Virus record (IMG/VR): IMGVR_UViG_3300048813_000140
Coordinates: 50,702-114,701 of that record
Strand: one strand, 5' to 3'
Length of the DNA: 64,000 nucleotides
Source: a virus
Taxonomy: Duplodnaviria > Heunggongvirae > Uroviricota > Caudoviricetes
In this document: positions 54,568 through 62,854 of the stretch, in pieces
Layout: each line of letters begins with the position of its first letter
How positions within the stretch are numbered: position 1 is the stretch's first letter
The notes under the pieces: model-generated
What the model was told of the DNA's origin: nothing
Databases searched by the model: none
Seen by the model: the letters and a program-made list of their open reading frames with translations, nothing else
Position numbers and translations under genes: made by a program

Positions 54568-55430
54568 TATATACTTCCAATTATATACCTAGTGGAGAAA
54601 ATGGATCTTAGCTGTTTCACTAGTTTATCTCGTTGATCTGACAAATCTTGTAGGCGTCTAGCGTAGACATTTGGTCCGGGACCGCTAGATGACTGACTGA
54701 TGCCGTCTTGAGTTTGGGATTGTGAGTTGTAAATAAAAGTAGCGGCAATTTGGCTAATTACGTCAATTGCTGCAACGGCTCCTATCAACTGATTTACTGG
54801 GATCGGTACTTGCCCCTCTGTATTTGATAGTCCAGCCGTGTATTTTATCTGCCAATAAGCAGGAACGAAATTAAGTCCATCCATAACGGTCAAAAATGCG
54901 ATACCGGCATTGCCGACCGCACCGCCCACAGAATTTACGCCATAGGCTGCCAATAGAGGAATGACGTTGATTAGTCGTTTGGAAAAGTTTGTAGTTTCTA
55001 TCCAGTCTGCGGGAAGATTGAATATGTTATTATTGTCAGCACTTACGATTGCGATTTCCGAAAGAGTGACTATAGGACCCTTTTCGGCCATAATATGAAT
55101 GTAGGATTTATAAAGGGTATAATCGAATGCAACTTTATGCCTAAAGTGTTCTGTCATTATGGGAGACCCAATCAAGAGTTCAACCTCATTCATTGCCCAG
55201 TTCAATTTTTTCTTTAGATCTCTGTCCGTAATTACGTCGCCGTTTCTTAGTTTTAAATTTATCCCTTTTAGGAACAAGCTTTTGAACTCATCAACGTCGA
55301 GTAATGGCTCACACCTAGTAAGCAGCCCAGACATATGTTCGGCATGAACTGGATAGACCGCAGTCCCAGATCTCTTTACGCCGCTATTTCCATCATTATC
55401 GTTACCAAAAAACATTAGCAACCACCACAA
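54567..55430 (-). CDS. virion structural protein (287 aa)
   Basis: ORF track. Confidence 0.6.
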   Translation of the reverse strand: MWWLLMFFGNDNDGNSGVKRSGTAVYPVHAEHMSGLLTRCEPLLDVDEFKSLFLKGINLKLRNGDVITDRDLKKKLNWAMNEVELLIGSPIMTEHFRHKVAFDYTLYKSYIHIMAEKGPIVTLSEIAIVSADNNNIFNLPADWIETTNFSKRLINVIPLLAAYGVNSVGGAVGNAGIAFLTVMDGLNFVPAYWQIKYTAGLSNTEGQVPIPVNQLIGAVAAIDVISQIAATFIYNSQSQTQDGISQSSSGPGPNVYARRLQDLSDQRDKLVKQLRSIFSTRYIIGSI

Positions 55431-55840
55431 TCGCTACCGGTATATTCGATAGAAAGAGCATTTAAGAGTTTAAAGTGTCTTCTGTTGTTTCCTTCAATTA
55501 CGGTAAATGAAACATTGCCTGTAGCACAGATTTGGCTAGGCAAAATAGTAACTTGCCAAATAGAGCTATCCGCAGGACTTGCCTGAATTGCTTGGATAAT
55601 CAGCTCTTTGCTTGGGTCGTTTGAGGCAAACTTGACAAATACACTATAGGGTTGATTTGCAGATCCCACACCCAACATATACCGTAAATCGGTGTCTGGG
55701 CACGATAAAGGCTGATCCAGGTCGATTATCTGAAAATACAGCGTAATTGTGTCTGCAGCTCTAACTTTCCATTGGTTAGGCTCGTAAGAGAATTGATTTA
55801 TGTTTGCATAATTTACAATTAAGGTAGCACTCAAACGCAT
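55415..55840 (-). CDS. hypothetical protein (141 aa), first gene of this minus-strand transcription unit
   Basis: ORF track. Confidence 0.55.
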   Translation of the reverse strand: MRLSATLIVNYANINQFSYEPNQWKVRAADTITLYFQIIDLDQPLSCPDTDLRYMLGVGSANQPYSVFVKFASNDPSKELIIQAIQASPADSSIWQVTILPSQICATGNVSFTVIEGNNRRHFKLLNALSIEYTGSDCGGC

Positions 55841-55954
55841 ATTTTGTTCTCCGATAGACGTATATCATTAAGATTGCTCCGTATTGTCCATATATCGCAT
55901 AATATATTGAAATGATTGAATATTTGTTATTTTTCAATCAGTTAGAGATTTTGA

Positions 55955-55983
55955 TTGCTTTTTTGAGACACTTATGTGATAAT
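55955..55983 (+). promoter_or_regulatory. sigma-70-like promoter TTGCTT-N17-(TGt)GATAAT
   Basis: About 12 nt upstream of the GAGGTG RBS of the plus-strand two-gene insert. Confidence 0.45.
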
Positions 55984-56002
55984 ATGAGACAGTGAGGTGA
56001 AA

Positions 56003-56410
56003 ATGAGTAATGAAGCGGCAGAGACGATAAAAGAGGCGGTAAAAGAGGGTGCCCTTAGATTTGATAAGGATAAGCCCAAATTTGAACTAATTTCTCCAAT
56101 CGCAATGGAAGGATTAGCTGGAATATTGACGTTTGGTGCCAAAAAATATGCAGCACACAATTGGCGCAAGGGAATGGCCTGGAGTAGAGCATTGGGATCT
56201 CTTAAAAGACATCTTATCGAGTTCGAAAAAGGTAATGACTATGATTATGATGAAAACTGTGAAGGATGCAAGGAAAAACATTGCCTGGACCATACAGGCC
56301 TATTACACATCGATCAGGTACTTTGCAATGCTATGTTTTTGTCTGAATATGCCAGAACACATCCAGAGCTTGATGATAGATATAAAGTGAAGATTGAAGA
56401 CAAAAAATGA
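56003..56410 (+). CDS. nucleotide pyrophosphohydrolase-like protein (dATP/dGTP diphosphohydrolase N-terminal-domain-like), 135 aa
   Basis: 'RFDKDKPKFELISPIAMEGLAGILTFGAKKYAAHNWRKG...GSLKRHL...GLLHIDQVLCNAMFL' matches the signature of a phage dNTP pyrophosphohydrolase domain recalled from memory. The track start at 55997 is a GTG. Confidence 0.6.
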   Translation: MSNEAAETIKEAVKEGALRFDKDKPKFELISPIAMEGLAGILTFGAKKYAAHNWRKGMAWSRALGSLKRHLIEFEKGNDYDYDENCEGCKEKHCLDHTGLLHIDQVLCNAMFLSEYARTHPELDDRYKVKIEDKK

Positions 56411-57063
56411 AAATTGTAGCTATTTCTGATGCCCATGGAAAATGGGGAAAGCTTAAAATTCCTGAATGCGACCTTTTAATCAGTGCTGGCGACTACAGTT
56501 TCCGTGGGGAACGCCATATGGTTAAGGACTTTCATAAGTGGCTAAACGACCAAGATGCTGGGTATATTATAAGTGTACAGGGCAACCACGAAGTTCAAGT
56601 CCAGCACAATTTCCAAGAAATGAAAGAATTGGCAGAAAGTGTCTGCCCAGGACTACACTTTATTGAAGAGGGTCTAATAGACATTGAGGGAGTCAAGATT
56701 TGGTGCTCTGCTTGGCAGCCATGGTTCCATGATTGGGCATACAATGCCCACAGAGGAGCAGATATAAAGCGTCACTGGGATCTAATCCCTGACGATACAG
56801 ATGTACTGGTTACCCATGGACCTCCATATGGAATTCTAGATGAACTCGTAAAAATAGATGGCACGCCAAAGGGTCAGTTTGTTGGATGTCAAGATTTAAT
56901 GGATGCTGTTAAGAGAACCAAGCCCGATATCCACATTTTCGGCCATATCCACTGCGGATACGGCGAAAAGCATGTAGATGGGACGAGTTTTTATAATGCG
57001 GCAGTTTGTGACGAGATGTATTGTGCTACAAACTCGCCACATGTGATCGACTATATTAAGTAG
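56407..57063 (+). CDS. calcineurin-like metallophosphoesterase (218 aa)
   Basis: MPP motifs DAHG, GDYSFRG, GNHE, VTHGPP and GHIH occur in canonical order. Confidence 0.85.
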   Translation: MKIVAISDAHGKWGKLKIPECDLLISAGDYSFRGERHMVKDFHKWLNDQDAGYIISVQGNHEVQVQHNFQEMKELAESVCPGLHFIEEGLIDIEGVKIWCSAWQPWFHDWAYNAHRGADIKRHWDLIPDDTDVLVTHGPPYGILDELVKIDGTPKGQFVGCQDLMDAVKRTKPDIHIFGHIHCGYGEKHVDGTSFYNAAVCDEMYCATNSPHVIDYIK

Positions 57064-59035
57064 GGGTAATCGTGCTGTGATCCAGCGTGACAGCTGTCTG
57101 AGCATATAGGCTTCCATGAACCGTAGCAGTTGTTTGGACTGCAATATTCGTTTGGCCTAAGATGATACCTTCAAATACAGAGCTGACTCCGAGAGTGACC
57201 GCTCCTGCTACAACCCAGAAAATATTCGTTGCAACTACGCCACCGCTAAGGATGATACTTGTAGATGCACTGATATTTAATGTTCCTGCTATCTGGAAGA
57301 TAAATACATCACTAGGTCCACCAGAAACCGTACAATTGGTAGGAATCGTTACGCCGGTAGTCCATTTATATAGACCTGGAGTAAGAGTGAGTCCGCCTAG
57401 ATTGCCTGATGCGAGGTTGGTGAAATTAGGGCTGGTTCTGCCTTGTCCATTCGTATATGCAGTTCCCATGTCTCCAATAGCCGTAGTTAATGTGGCAGGA
57501 GTTGGAGCGCTGTAATCGGCAGCATAAATGTCGCCGGTAACGTTAGGTGCTGTAGAGAATTGTCCAGAGCCGTCTAGAGTCAGAACGAATCCAGTAATAG
57601 CTGTGTGGGCAATAGGACTTACGGCCATTTTACCAGTGATCGCGCTTCCGCTAGTATCGCTGATTCCACTTTCTGATAGGATCGTGTAGTTTGCAGCGGT
57701 AGCTAGGTTAATAGGAGCTAAACCGTTTGAAATGTTGAAGGAAGTACTGTAACCTACCAATACGCCAGCGCCTGATGTTGCAGATTTGGTAGCACTAATG
57801 ATTTTAGCTCCATTAAGGCTGATTTGCAAATTTGCAGCAGAGAAATTGGCTACACCAGCAACCGCATTCATAGATACTGTTCCGAGTAGGGTGCCAGTAC
57901 CAGAAGAAATTGCTAAAGTAACCAAAGCGGTAGAATCGGGACCAGTAGTAACAGTAGCGTTCGATGAGTTTTGGATCGCTACAATAGGCATTGTGGCAAA
58001 ATTTACATTTTGTGCAGCACCTACGGGTTCTGTAGTAAATACCATTTGAGTAGCAAGACTAGGAGATGCACTGATTGTGTAAGTAGCAGATGCTACTGCA
58101 GAATTAGAGAATCCAGGATTAACAGCTATAGCTTTGATGGTTTGCGTTGCCCCGACCGTAATTGGACCAACATATGGAGTGCTGCTAGTTGTAGGTGTAG
58201 ATCCGTTTGTGGTATAATAAATGGATGCAGTGGCCGTAGGAGACGAAATTGTGATTATTTGAGCAGCGCTATAAGTGGCCGAAGGTAATGAAAATGCAGG
58301 AGTCCCAGCTTGAGCGATTACAGCATTGATGATCACAGTAACCACGTTTGAAGCTACGCTAGAAGTCATACCAGCTACAGCTGCAGCAATGGCGGCCTGA
58401 GTAGCAGTGGCGATAGCTGCGGAGGTCTCACCGGATGTAATAGTTACTTCAATGCCAGTAAATCCGGCAGGAGTTGGATTTGTGTTTGATCCGCCAGTTA
58501 CATTGTACCAAACCGTGTATGAATTTGCATTTCCAGCGTTAAACAACTGAAAGGATGCACCAGGACCGGTAGAAGCAAAAGTGCTTCCGGCAGGCAGATT
58601 CAATTGAACTTGCTGTATGGCTGTCTGACCAACGGTTGACGTAAAAAACGTAAAAGCAGAAGGCATCGAAATATTTGCCGGAGCATTTGTAGGAATAATC
58701 GGATTTGGTTGAATTGGCATGATCGAGGTAATGAATGGAAGTGCGCTAGCCAAAATACCACCAGCCACATTTGCAGCTACATTCGCGGCAATGCCGGAAT
58801 TTGTGAATCCATCAACCATGAACCTTAAATCGGTCAAATTGAGAGCTTTAGTGCCCAAAATTGCGGCCTGAATGTCAGCGGCGACTTCTTCATTACTCAT
58901 TGCTGTAATAAGTCTTCGGTAAGTATAGTTTGAAAGAACGGAACCATTTACAATTGCAGCAGACAGTTCAAGTCCAGCGCGGACGCTCGTGAGATCGTCT
59001 ATAAGATCGTTGATAGTTTGATTGGATAAAGCCAT
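57056..59035 (-). CDS. virion-associated protein (659 aa) with a chitobiase/beta-hexosaminidase-C-like domain and a C-terminal ice-binding-like DUF3494 domain
   Basis: 'TPYVGPITVGATQTIKAIAVNPGFSNSAVASATYTI' is a CHB_HEX_C-type motif. The C-terminus 'ATAANYTILSESGISDTSGSAITG...LGGLTLTPGLYKWTTGVTI...SDVFIFQIAGTLNISASTSIILSGGVVATNIFWVVAGAVTLGVSSVFEGIILGQTNIAVQTTATVHGSLYAQTAVTLDHSTI' follows the DUF3494 consensus closely. Confidence 0.8.
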   Translation of the reverse strand: MALSNQTINDLIDDLTSVRAGLELSAAIVNGSVLSNYTYRRLITAMSNEEVAADIQAAILGTKALNLTDLRFMVDGFTNSGIAANVAANVAGGILASALPFITSIMPIQPNPIIPTNAPANISMPSAFTFFTSTVGQTAIQQVQLNLPAGSTFASTGPGASFQLFNAGNANSYTVWYNVTGGSNTNPTPAGFTGIEVTITSGETSAAIATATQAAIAAAVAGMTSSVASNVVTVIINAVIAQAGTPAFSLPSATYSAAQIITISSPTATASIYYTTNGSTPTTSSTPYVGPITVGATQTIKAIAVNPGFSNSAVASATYTISASPSLATQMVFTTEPVGAAQNVNFATMPIVAIQNSSNATVTTGPDSTALVTLAISSGTGTLLGTVSMNAVAGVANFSAANLQISLNGAKIISATKSATSGAGVLVGYSTSFNISNGLAPINLATAANYTILSESGISDTSGSAITGKMAVSPIAHTAITGFVLTLDGSGQFSTAPNVTGDIYAADYSAPTPATLTTAIGDMGTAYTNGQGRTSPNFTNLASGNLGGLTLTPGLYKWTTGVTIPTNCTVSGGPSDVFIFQIAGTLNISASTSIILSGGVVATNIFWVVAGAVTLGVSSVFEGIILGQTNIAVQTTATVHGSLYAQTAVTLDHSTITPT

Positions 59036-59297
59036 GGAATCTCCTTAAGTTTACTGGTAATTACTCCAGTAGATATATCTGAACTAAAGATTGTGTCGCC
59101 ACATTATATTCTATTACCCTTCTTGTTGTTTTCTAAGGCCAGTAAATATTGCAAATTCCAAGGAACATGTAAACACTTGACTTCTTTACCTTTTAATGGA
59201 ATTGTGTTATCCACTTGAAATCCTTTTGTAAAAATAAAAAGGCCCTTAGTTTTCACTAAGAGCCTTAAATACTTAACTATTTGAATTTACTAACTAA

Positions 59298-60701
59298 TTA
59301 GTATCCAGCACCAGGAATCAATTGGCCTGTGATGTTTTCCAAGAGCACGTTTTTGCGTGGTTGGTAAGCAGCCAAGGACAAGAATCTGAAATGCGCTTCA
59401 GGCAAAGACAAATCTTGAACAGCAAGTTTTAGTTTGCTGTAAGGAGCCAATTGAGCAAAGCCCATTGTGTTTCCTTGGATCAAGAAGCCAGTAACCGAGC
59501 CAGGTTGACGATTGCCCAAATCGATGAAGATCGGGTTTCCGTTACCTTGAGCAATTCTACCGATGAATTTTGCAGAACTTGCAGATCCACCAACAGCAGA
59601 GCGATAAACGTTGTAATATTGAGCGCTAGCAGCAGAAGTGATCGTTACATTAACTTGATCACCAGCAACCAATACAGCTACAGAAGCTGCAGGAGAAGGA
59701 TACGACTCACCGCGCATACTGACTGAAGTAACATAGTACCAGTAAGTACCAGCAGACAACAGCGAACCAGCTGCTCCTGCGTCGGCCAAAGTGGGAACTG
59801 CGGGAGCAGCAGGAGAACCTGATCTTGCTCGTGCAGGCCTGGTTTTGCCAGACAAGAAACGTGAACCTTCTAAACTAACGATTGCAGAAGATGTCCACTG
59901 TGTTCGCAAATGAGCGCCAGTAGCTTCTTGAGCAGACCCAGCCAACATAATACGTTCTTTGGCATGAGCAATTTTGTTATAAGCAGACAAGCTGATAGGA
60001 TCAAGGATCAAACGATCAGCAGCGCCCATGTTCATTGCTGAACGAACAGACGAGTCTTCGATAATGGACTGAGTAAGAGTTCCACCGACCGACAGAACCA
60101 CAGTTTGGTCAGAACCAAATTCTGCGAACATCAAGTCTTGTGTGTTGGATTGAGCATCCGACTGTCTAACTTGTTGGTCAACACCAATCATGTTAGGGAC
60201 TTTAGCTACGGCAAGGGGGTTACCGTTAAAAACACCCATATTTGAGAAATCAGCTTGACCACGGAAAGAATCGAATTCGATGTCTCCGGCAAGTTTCATG
60301 GCAGCATCAGCAGAGGCTCTGTCTTCGGCTTTTGTACCGTCGAAAGCACCGATCATATTTGATGCAACTGTCACCCGACGAGTTGTGCTGTAATATGCCA
60401 TGGGCACTACTGCACGAACGTAGTTTGACGTGTCTTCTTCGCCTACGCCACCTTCGAACTGGGCAGACCCACCGAAGATACCATAGTCAAGTTGACGGTT
60501 AAATTGATGCAATTGTGACTTCACATCTTTCGAGGGCAACACCTTTTGAAGTTTGATGTGGCTATCGTCAAAAGTGACGTTTTGCATAACAGGTGACATG
60601 TCCTCAATCATGAGGGCAGCGCCTTGTACGAGCCTGTCTGGCGATGCAAGGTAACTACCTGCTTCCAGGGCTTTCATTAGGCCTTGAAGTTGTTCGATCA
60701 T
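59298..60701 (-). CDS. major capsid protein candidate (467 aa)
   Basis: A large protein immediately downstream of an acidic scaffold-like gene, upstream of the rest of the structural module. No family-level motif could be verified by eye. Confidence 0.55.
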   Translation of the reverse strand: MIEQLQGLMKALEAGSYLASPDRLVQGAALMIEDMSPVMQNVTFDDSHIKLQKVLPSKDVKSQLHQFNRQLDYGIFGGSAQFEGGVGEEDTSNYVRAVVPMAYYSTTRRVTVASNMIGAFDGTKAEDRASADAAMKLAGDIEFDSFRGQADFSNMGVFNGNPLAVAKVPNMIGVDQQVRQSDAQSNTQDLMFAEFGSDQTVVLSVGGTLTQSIIEDSSVRSAMNMGAADRLILDPISLSAYNKIAHAKERIMLAGSAQEATGAHLRTQWTSSAIVSLEGSRFLSGKTRPARARSGSPAAPAVPTLADAGAAGSLLSAGTYWYYVTSVSMRGESYPSPAASVAVLVAGDQVNVTITSAASAQYYNVYRSAVGGSASSAKFIGRIAQGNGNPIFIDLGNRQPGSVTGFLIQGNTMGFAQLAPYSKLKLAVQDLSLPEAHFRFLSLAAYQPRKNVLLENITGQLIPGAGY

Positions 60702-60724
60702 TGTATTTCTCCTTTTATCGCCGC

Positions 60725-61915
60725 TTATTTAAGCAAGTGGCTAATTTTATTAAAGTTTTTATCACCCAGATAGAAGTCATTAATTGCATCTCTATCCGAT
60801 TTAGCTAACGTAGATTCACCAGCTTTTTTGTTCAAAATCTTATTGATTTCTGTTTCCGAAAGCTCAGTTGTACTTTTGGTATCTTCGCTCTTGGCAACAA
60901 CACCTAATTCAGTGATTGCTTTTCCTTGAGGGACTTTTTTAACCAATTTGGTCAAAAATTCTTGGATACCATCCAAATTCTTCTTCATTTCTGCGGTTTT
61001 AGCTTTTTCAGCTTCAAGCTCAGATTTAGCGAGTTCTAATTCAGTATTGTCCATTTGATTTCCTTCACTTTTATTAAGCTTGGTCCCGCTAGCAGTATCA
61101 AAGGGTGCTTTAGCGCCAGGAGAATTATGAGGAGTCGATCCATCAATTTTCCCACCGTTACGTCTTGCAGGTTCACCTTTGTTCAATTTCGTACCACTTG
61201 CAGTGCTAAAAGGTGCTTTAGCGCCAGGGGAATTTTTGACACTTTGTCCTTCAATTCCGCCATTTTGTGGATCTGGAAACATGTTGTCGCCTTTATCTGT
61301 AGGATGCGAATTAAGCGTAGGATTTTCATTGCTAAGTTCGCTATGACCAGGCTTTTCAGCCTTACCCATCATAGAGGTACCACATTTGTCGATTCCAGCA
61401 CCGGGAGCGGCAGCAGGAGGTTGTCCAGCAGCGGGAGCTTGTTGAGCACCGCCTTGAGCGTCTAAGGCTCTGCGAACAGCATCATGATGTGCCATCAATT
61501 CTTCATATGACATGCTCATGTACATTTCGTCCATGTGGGCCATGTCTTCTTCGTCGTATCCGTTACCAGCACCTTCAGCACCCGGAATAGGGGCTTGAGC
61601 AGCGGGATTAGGTTGACCTTCAGCAGGAGCAGCCGGAGCTTCTCCACCTTCGGGTGGCATTTCTTCAGCAGGGGCTTCTGGAGCGCCTTCTTCAGCAGCT
61701 GGGGCTTCCTTAGATGCAGCAGGCGGTTTGCCTTTTTCATCTTTAGGTTTAGATTCTTCCTTTTTCGGAGGTTTAGAATCTTCAGCCTTAGCCAATTCGA
61801 TAGACGCAGTACCAGAAGAAGCTTTGAAGACTTCTTCTGCTTTACTTAAATGAGAGGTGAACTCTTGTTCCACCGTCTCGATGAGCTTTGCAAGCTCTGT
61901 TTCTGTATACTGCAT
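60725..61915 (-). CDS. scaffold-like acidic Ala/Pro/Glu-rich protein (396 aa) with an internal duplication
   Basis: The low-complexity 'AAPAEGQPNPAAQAPIPGAEGAG' is followed by the duplicated 'SPGAKAPF(S/D)TASGTKLNK' module and a coiled-coil C-terminus. Confidence 0.6.
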   Translation of the reverse strand: MQYTETELAKLIETVEQEFTSHLSKAEEVFKASSGTASIELAKAEDSKPPKKEESKPKDEKGKPPAASKEAPAAEEGAPEAPAEEMPPEGGEAPAAPAEGQPNPAAQAPIPGAEGAGNGYDEEDMAHMDEMYMSMSYEELMAHHDAVRRALDAQGGAQQAPAAGQPPAAAPGAGIDKCGTSMMGKAEKPGHSELSNENPTLNSHPTDKGDNMFPDPQNGGIEGQSVKNSPGAKAPFSTASGTKLNKGEPARRNGGKIDGSTPHNSPGAKAPFDTASGTKLNKSEGNQMDNTELELAKSELEAEKAKTAEMKKNLDGIQEFLTKLVKKVPQGKAITELGVVAKSEDTKSTTELSETEINKILNKKAGESTLAKSDRDAINDFYLGDKNFNKISHLLK

Positions 61916-61945
61916 TTTATTCTCCTAAGTTGTTTGCGTTTAAAA

Positions 61946-62680
61946 TTAAACAGACTTAGTTGGCCAGTAGAGAGGTTGAATATCGACAAGGGGAGCAGCA
62001 GCATTAACAGTTGCGCCGGTAACAGCAGTGCCGTTAGCCAATTCAATTAGTTGCCATTCACAGCCACATGTTTGAGCTTCAAATTCGATAGTAGCCAAAT
62101 CCGAGTGAGCAGGGATTGGATTCGTAGCACCTGTAAAGAGGTTGTCCGAGAAAGCAGAGAAAGTGATGGTTGCATCGCCAGTACCGCTGATTTTGTTCAG
62201 CGTACCAGATACGGATGGATTTCCGCCTCTACCAGCTGTTACTAAAGTAGTGCCGCTCACTAGTGTTGAGCCAACCAAAAATTGTTGACCAGTAACACTA
62301 TCTTGGTATATCGCGCCTGCCGTAGCATTTGCAGAAGTTACCGTAAATGTATAAGCACCAGCTGCGCCAGTCAACTCGTAACCGAGCATCAAGACTGTAG
62401 GAGCATATGCGTATGTCGAATTTCCAAAAATATCTTTACTTACAGCGTCAACGTTTGAAAGTTGAATATAGACAACAGGCTGACCTTCAGCTGCATTGCC
62501 ATTATGTGTCAACATGAGGTAAGGCCATTGAGCTACGTTATTGCCACCAGAAGCTTCAACGATAGTTTGTGTATAAAACCCTTGGCTAATGGTATTGAGG
62601 CCAGCATTTGCTGCCAGTCTAACGGTCAATCGGTCAGCTAAATCTCTAATAAGCGCTTCGGCTTTAGCATTACTGTACAT
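61946..62680 (-). CDS. virion structural protein (244 aa), first gene of the minus-strand late operon
   Basis: ORF track. A divergent promoter region lies upstream (62681-62854). Confidence 0.6.
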   Translation of the reverse strand: MYSNAKAEALIRDLADRLTVRLAANAGLNTISQGFYTQTIVEASGGNNVAQWPYLMLTHNGNAAEGQPVVYIQLSNVDAVSKDIFGNSTYAYAPTVLMLGYELTGAAGAYTFTVTSANATAGAIYQDSVTGQQFLVGSTLVSGTTLVTAGRGGNPSVSGTLNKISGTGDATITFSAFSDNLFTGATNPIPAHSDLATIEFEAQTCGCEWQLIELANGTAVTGATVNAAAPLVDIQPLYWPTKSV

Positions 62681-62854
62681 TTTATTTCTCCTTTAAAGGT
62701 TATATTCCACATCAGTGGTAAACCATTGAATACTCTAGGAAGTTTACTATTCAAAAAAAAACACTCTAGTTTCAAGTACTTAGATGTCAAATCTCCGCAG
62801 ATTACGGATTTCGCAAGTATGTGATATAATTGAAACGGAGCAATCTTATACGGT

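Noticed and set aside
57162-58288. Plus-strand ORFs inside 57056-59035, also those inside the fibre genes (40241-40625) and the capsid-candidate gene (59451-59726, 60242-60502)
   Set aside because: Antisense to long, well-supported genes. No initiation signals.
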